Below the pieces are notes generated by a model. It saw only the letters and a list, made by a program, of their open reading frames with translations, was not told where the DNA came from and made no database searches. Position numbers and translations under genes: made by a program. A stretch of DNA of 64,000 nt from Bdellovibrionales bacterium Ga0074137 (GTDB lineage: Bacteria > Bdellovibrionota > Bdellovibrionia > Bdellovibrionales > JAMPXM01): positions 1,313 through 65,312 of the forward strand of contig LNDT01000029.1 of assembly GCA_001464715.1 (NCBI GenBank), read 5' to 3'. Below, in pieces: positions 60,039 to 64,000 of this stretch (its first letter is position 1; each line of letters starts with the position of its first letter).

Positions 60039-60731
60039 TCAAAACCTCGGGGTATCAAACCCTGCTGCAATCGTTTTCATTTTCGCCTTCAGTCTCTTTC
60101 CTTCGGCGAGGTATTGCGATGTCTTGTCTTTTTCTTGCTTGTTCTGAACGGCCATCGCCTGGGCTTGAAGTTTCAAACCTTGCCCGGTCGCTCGGATCTG
60201 TTGGTTTAAAACGTGGATCATCACCCCAAGCGATTGCGCGGTAAGTTTTGCGGCACCTCCTGGCGATACCGAGTGCGAATAGGTTTTGATCTCTTCGCCA
60301 ATTCGATCAAGTTTCTGCGTGTAGTCGTTCAATTCGTTGTTGAAGGTGAGCGCCTCCGCGACAGTCTGGTCGGTATTTCGCTGGACCTTCGCGACTTGCG
60401 AATCGACCGCGCGACCAAAAACGGTTTCCACGGTGTTCAACGCTTGATCGACGCCACGAAGCTCTCGGTACAAGCCCGGATCGATGCGGACACCAAGAGT
60501 CTCGGCCATCGCAAGCGAATCGTTGATACCGCGATTTACTTCTCGCAGAAGTCCTAGCGTGTCGCTGCTCTGACCTAGGATTTGTTGAAGCTGCGCAAGT
60601 TGCTGAACCGCGTTTGCGAGGATCTGCGCCAAGACGGCGACATCTGCTCCCCAAATATCAGCGTGTGCAGTTCTCGGCGCAGGCAATAGAAGGCCCAGCA
60701 CTGTGAACACAGTGCAAACTAGTTTTTTCAC
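60039..60731 (-). CDS. VirB5/TrbJ-like secreted helical protein
   Basis: Signal peptide (AHA-D), Gln-rich helices; lies between VirB4 and VirB6. Confidence 0.62.
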   Translation of the reverse strand: MKKLVCTVFTVLGLLLPAPRTAHADIWGADVAVLAQILANAVQQLAQLQQILGQSSDTLGLLREVNRGINDSLAMAETLGVRIDPGLYRELRGVDQALNTVETVFGRAVDSQVAKVQRNTDQTVAEALTFNNELNDYTQKLDRIGEEIKTYSHSVSPGGAAKLTAQSLGVMIHVLNQQIRATGQGLKLQAQAMAVQNKQEKDKTSQYLAEGKRLKAKMKTIAAGFDTPRF

Positions 60732-60746
60732 TCTCTATCCTTTCAG

Positions 60747-63173
60747 TTAAAATCTATTCGACGCCGTCTCTGAAGCCGATGCGCCATGTGGGAATTCTTT
60801 GGCAAGTATCTCTAGCAGCTCCGAATTCGTGGCACTGGGATGCTCTAGTCGTCGTACTTCTAGCTTTTTTAAGTCCTGTGGATCTGTCGTTGCGAGCCAA
60901 TATTCAAGCGGCGTGCTTTCAATCACGACGACCTGCTTTTCGTCGCCTGCGATGAGAAACGCTTCCGAAAAATATCCTTTCTTCGAAATCACACTCTCAA
61001 CCAGATTCGCTTCTCGTTCATTGAGCAGCAGCGTGTCTTTAAGCGACGCGAGATTTCCGCCAGTTTGCTTCAGCACCCACTTAATCGACGAGTTCGGTAA
61101 AATTGCCGAAGCCACCTTTGATTTTGCGAAGTCGTCCATCGTCTGAGAAATTGCGATGGCAGACGCTTTGTATTTTCGAAAAGTCCGAAAAACCTCGGCG
61201 ATAAATCTTGAACCGGCATCATTTTCGAGAAGTCGCCAGCATTCGTCGAACACAACGAACTTCGAACTCACGCGGTCCTTTTGCACTTCTCGCCAGATCA
61301 GATCAGTAATCAAAAACAGGCAAACGGCTTGAAGGTCGGGCTGCGATTCCAGACCCTTCAGATCAAAACAGACGATCCGGCTCTGAAGTTCGAGATTCGT
61401 TTTTCGATCGACAAATTTTCCAAATGGCGAATCACCGCACCATGGCCCGAGAATCTTTCCCATGCGCTGAAGAAGCGGGTCTTGGTTTGTAAGCAAGCGT
61501 TCGCGCAAGTGCGAAAGTCTCGGCTCTGGCTCTTCACGCAAAATATCTTTAATTGCTTGTTCAATCTCGGATCGTTCAAGCTTGCCAATACCGCTTGCCG
61601 CATCTTCTTTCGTCATCATTTCCACGAGCGATGTCACGAACTTAATTTTCTGATCGATAGCTTCTGGCGTCGACTCGTTCAGATCAAATGGGTTCAGGGC
61701 GAGGCTGCTGTTTGCACCAAGCGGAATATATTGACCTTCCAATTGTTCAGCGACTTTTCGGTAGCTCCCGCCGATGTCCAATATGAAAACCCTCGGATTT
61801 TCTTTTGCGAGATGCGAAATCAAAATGTTCGTAAGGAACGACTTTCCGCTTCCAGAACCTCCGCTGACGACTTGATTGAAGTTCGTAAGCCGTGGACTAA
61901 ATGGATCGAATCCAATCACAGCACCCCGGCGATTTCGAAGCAAAATGCGCGGCTCTTCATGTCCGGACCAGTCACCATAAATCGGCAAAAAGTCGGCGAG
62001 GACACTAGTGTTCATTCGTCGCGAGCGTTCTTTGGCACGGCCATTTGGCATCGCTAGTTCTAGAAACATGGGTGATGCCGCAAGCGACTCGGTCATTCCT
62101 TCCGCGCCCGAAAGCTCGCGGAAGGTCTGAAGAACTTTTGCGACTTGTTCCTCTAGGATCGATTCGCTTTCGGATCGCAGAACGACGTTCATTGAAACGC
62201 CAAAAATTTTTTCTTGGCCAGCGACGCGTCCACTTAGCAACGCTTCAATATCTTTGAGCTTCGCTTCGCTCTCGAGATCCGAAACACCTTTTTTGCCCGC
62301 GTACATCGCATAGGCGATTCGACGCTGGGTCTCGAGTGCCATTGTTTCTCGATCCTGGTTCAAAACTTCGATCGACAAAAATAGTCTCGAATCAAACGGC
62401 ATCGAATGAAGCTTTTCGCTCATCGACGCATATGTGTGATCGGGCATGATCTTAAGCGATAAGACTCGGTGATGAACGTGGCCCAACGCAAAACCCTTAA
62501 GCGACATCACCATGTCACTTAAAACAAGATCGTCGCGAATGTCCTCGCGATTGAAATTCAATCCGTTCAATGGAAATTTTGGATTCCATTGGTCGAAAAG
62601 AAGTTGAAAGGCATCTTCCTCCGAGAGTTCAACGGAACCCACGCCCAAAGTCTCGAGGCCCTGACGAACGTCCGATGCAGTCCTAGCGAAAGCTCGAAGT
62701 TCGGTTTCCAGTTTCTCGGGTGGAAGCTCCTGCTCTACCTCTCTTTTCCAGAGTGGAAAGCGGCTCTTCTGCGCCACGGGCTTACGGTCGAACGGCTTTC
62801 GCAATACGAGATAAAGACGGTGCTGTGGGACTAATCCTGTCTCACCCAGCTTCGTCAGTCTCGCTAGTCGCTCGTCCATCAGCTTCGTAACCAATGGGTG
62901 TGCATCCGCGACCGCCATATCGCGATGTCGATCCCGAAGCTTTGAATCAGATAAGTGAATTCCTTGGACAAACTGAATTGATAGGCCGCTCGGAAGTCCA
63001 TTCAGAAAATCACACGCGACATGATGAACCGAATTCAATTCCTCATCGGTGGCACACGAGACGTCGCGCGGCTTCAATTGCAAAACAGTACCGAGTGAAA
63101 AGTCCTTAAAAACGAGAACACCTTCCTCGAATCCCCAGACTTCAAGTTTTTCCGCAAGTGACGACGTCATCAA
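60747..63173 (-). CDS. virB4: VirB4/TraC family T4SS ATPase
   Basis: 808 aa; GGSGSGKS, 'LDIGGSY', 'LNPF', 'VVFDECW', 'RTFRKY', 'ISQ'. Confidence 0.93.
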   Translation of the reverse strand: MMTSSLAEKLEVWGFEEGVLVFKDFSLGTVLQLKPRDVSCATDEELNSVHHVACDFLNGLPSGLSIQFVQGIHLSDSKLRDRHRDMAVADAHPLVTKLMDERLARLTKLGETGLVPQHRLYLVLRKPFDRKPVAQKSRFPLWKREVEQELPPEKLETELRAFARTASDVRQGLETLGVGSVELSEEDAFQLLFDQWNPKFPLNGLNFNREDIRDDLVLSDMVMSLKGFALGHVHHRVLSLKIMPDHTYASMSEKLHSMPFDSRLFLSIEVLNQDRETMALETQRRIAYAMYAGKKGVSDLESEAKLKDIEALLSGRVAGQEKIFGVSMNVVLRSESESILEEQVAKVLQTFRELSGAEGMTESLAASPMFLELAMPNGRAKERSRRMNTSVLADFLPIYGDWSGHEEPRILLRNRRGAVIGFDPFSPRLTNFNQVVSGGSGSGKSFLTNILISHLAKENPRVFILDIGGSYRKVAEQLEGQYIPLGANSSLALNPFDLNESTPEAIDQKIKFVTSLVEMMTKEDAASGIGKLERSEIEQAIKDILREEPEPRLSHLRERLLTNQDPLLQRMGKILGPWCGDSPFGKFVDRKTNLELQSRIVCFDLKGLESQPDLQAVCLFLITDLIWREVQKDRVSSKFVVFDECWRLLENDAGSRFIAEVFRTFRKYKASAIAISQTMDDFAKSKVASAILPNSSIKWVLKQTGGNLASLKDTLLLNEREANLVESVISKKGYFSEAFLIAGDEKQVVVIESTPLEYWLATTDPQDLKKLEVRRLEHPSATNSELLEILAKEFPHGASASETASNRF

Positions 63174-63490
63174 TATTTTCTTCCGATCTTTTTTCTAAAT
63201 TGTTTGCGCGCAGTTGCGAGCGGAAATCCGCTCAAGACACCCGGCGCAATCTGAAATCTCGCCAGATGCAAAAAATAGTTATCAGGCTTTCCGGTCTTTC
63301 CAATGCGAAGGCCAATCCCGAGCAGTATGCTTGGCAGCCACGTCCAACAAAATTTGTATGGAAGCCCGCCAAACAGTAGATTTAGGATTGCGAGCATCGA
63401 GAAGACCAAAAATAGATCAACGATTTCAAAACCGAAGACCAAAGTTTTCTTCTCGAGGCACCGATAGACTTCTGAAGTTTTTAGCGACAT
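63170..63490 (-). CDS. VirB3/TraL-like membrane protein
   Basis: 106 aa, two TM helices, 'GKPDNYF.H'; ATGA overlap with virB4. Confidence 0.72.
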   Translation of the reverse strand: MSLKTSEVYRCLEKKTLVFGFEIVDLFLVFSMLAILNLLFGGLPYKFCWTWLPSILLGIGLRIGKTGKPDNYFLHLARFQIAPGVLSGFPLATARKQFRKKIGRKY

Positions 63491-63503
63491 CGAATTCTCC
63501 CCG

Positions 63504-63863
63504 CTAGTGAATCAAGCCGCGAACGAGCGCGATGATACTTTCAGCCCCGAATCCGACGATCGCACCGATCACGGCATAGAAGAGATGTTGCCTCGCATTC
63601 GCGTGTCCCATCGTGAAGCTAAAGCCCGCGATCACAAGACCACAGATTGCAGCAAGCGGAAGCAGCGTTCCGACGAGCTTCGATTGCACCGCCTGCAACG
63701 AACTTTCGACGCTACCAAACGCGAGGAAAGGAAAGGCCGTGATCGCGAGGCACGCCGGGAGCACGAGCTTTGGAAAATTCAGTTTCACGAATGACCGGTG
63801 TTGCTCTTGCGGGAGTTCGTTTTTTTTCAAGTTGCACGAATTGTTCATAGGTAAGATCCTCAT
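63504..63863 (-). CDS. VirB2/TrbC-like pilin
   Basis: Signal ending AFG followed by two hydrophobic helices; directly upstream of the VirB3-like gene. Confidence 0.8.
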   Translation of the reverse strand: MRILPMNNSCNLKKNELPQEQHRSFVKLNFPKLVLPACLAITAFPFLAFGSVESSLQAVQSKLVGTLLPLAAICGLVIAGFSFTMGHANARQHLFYAVIGAIVGFGAESIIALVRGLIH

Positions 63864-63920
63864 TTTTCGTTATTGATTTCAGTCGTGAAAATATTTTGCG
63901 TCTGATCAAATTGCGCGGAT

Positions 63921-64000
63921 TCACTCGTATTCCGCGCTTTCTTCTTCATCGTCGTCGAAACAATCGACGTCCTCTTCACCGAGTTCCTCGTCGTCGCAGA
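63921..64000 (-). CDS. Acidic C-terminal end of a gene truncated by the window edge
   Basis: ...CDDEELGEEDVDCFDDDEEESAEYE-stop. Confidence 0.5.
   Translation of the reverse strand, partial: CDDEELGEEDVDCFDDDEEESAEYE

Larger units (their letters stand above)
52434..64000 (-). mobile_element. Integrative conjugative element at the tRNA-Leu 3' end, continuing beyond the window
   Basis: A recombinase abutting the tRNA, followed by relaxase-like, FtsK-like and T4SS genes, all co-oriented. Confidence 0.88.

Overview
This looks like a chromosome segment from a Bdellovibrio-like bacterium (Bdellovibrionota). That is an inference from the TIGR02147 protein, the Bdellovibrio-style Y1 transposase and HNH genes, and the many orphan secreted proteins. 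Positions 1-52.4 kb are mostly core genes on the minus strand (comM/yifB, xerD, spoIID-slipin-nfeD, uvrC, uvrB, cysS, gltX, carD, S8 protease, recG, lysS, fbaB, nfu, queC, recJ, secF-secD-yajC-tgt, queA), interspersed with orphan secreted and lipoprotein genes. From tRNA-Leu(GAG) at 52347-52433 to the window end lies an integrative conjugative element with an unusual mix of parts: a large serine recombinase, a Replic_Relax/MOBC-like relaxase, an FtsK/TcpA-type ATPase in place of VirD4, and a compact pilin-containing T4SS. Its recombinase and FtsK genes are both frameshifted. Other notable signals: two dispersed 69-bp palindromes with four compensatory base-pair changes (REP/REPIN-like; a stand-alone HUH Y1 transposase is also present), a queC-DUF366 gene pair, a diheme cytochrome-YceI-heme beta-barrel cluster between queA and tgt, a secreted amidoligase-like protein, and a sigma54-like promoter with tandem enhancer sites. 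All family assignments come from recognising motifs by eye; no searches were run.
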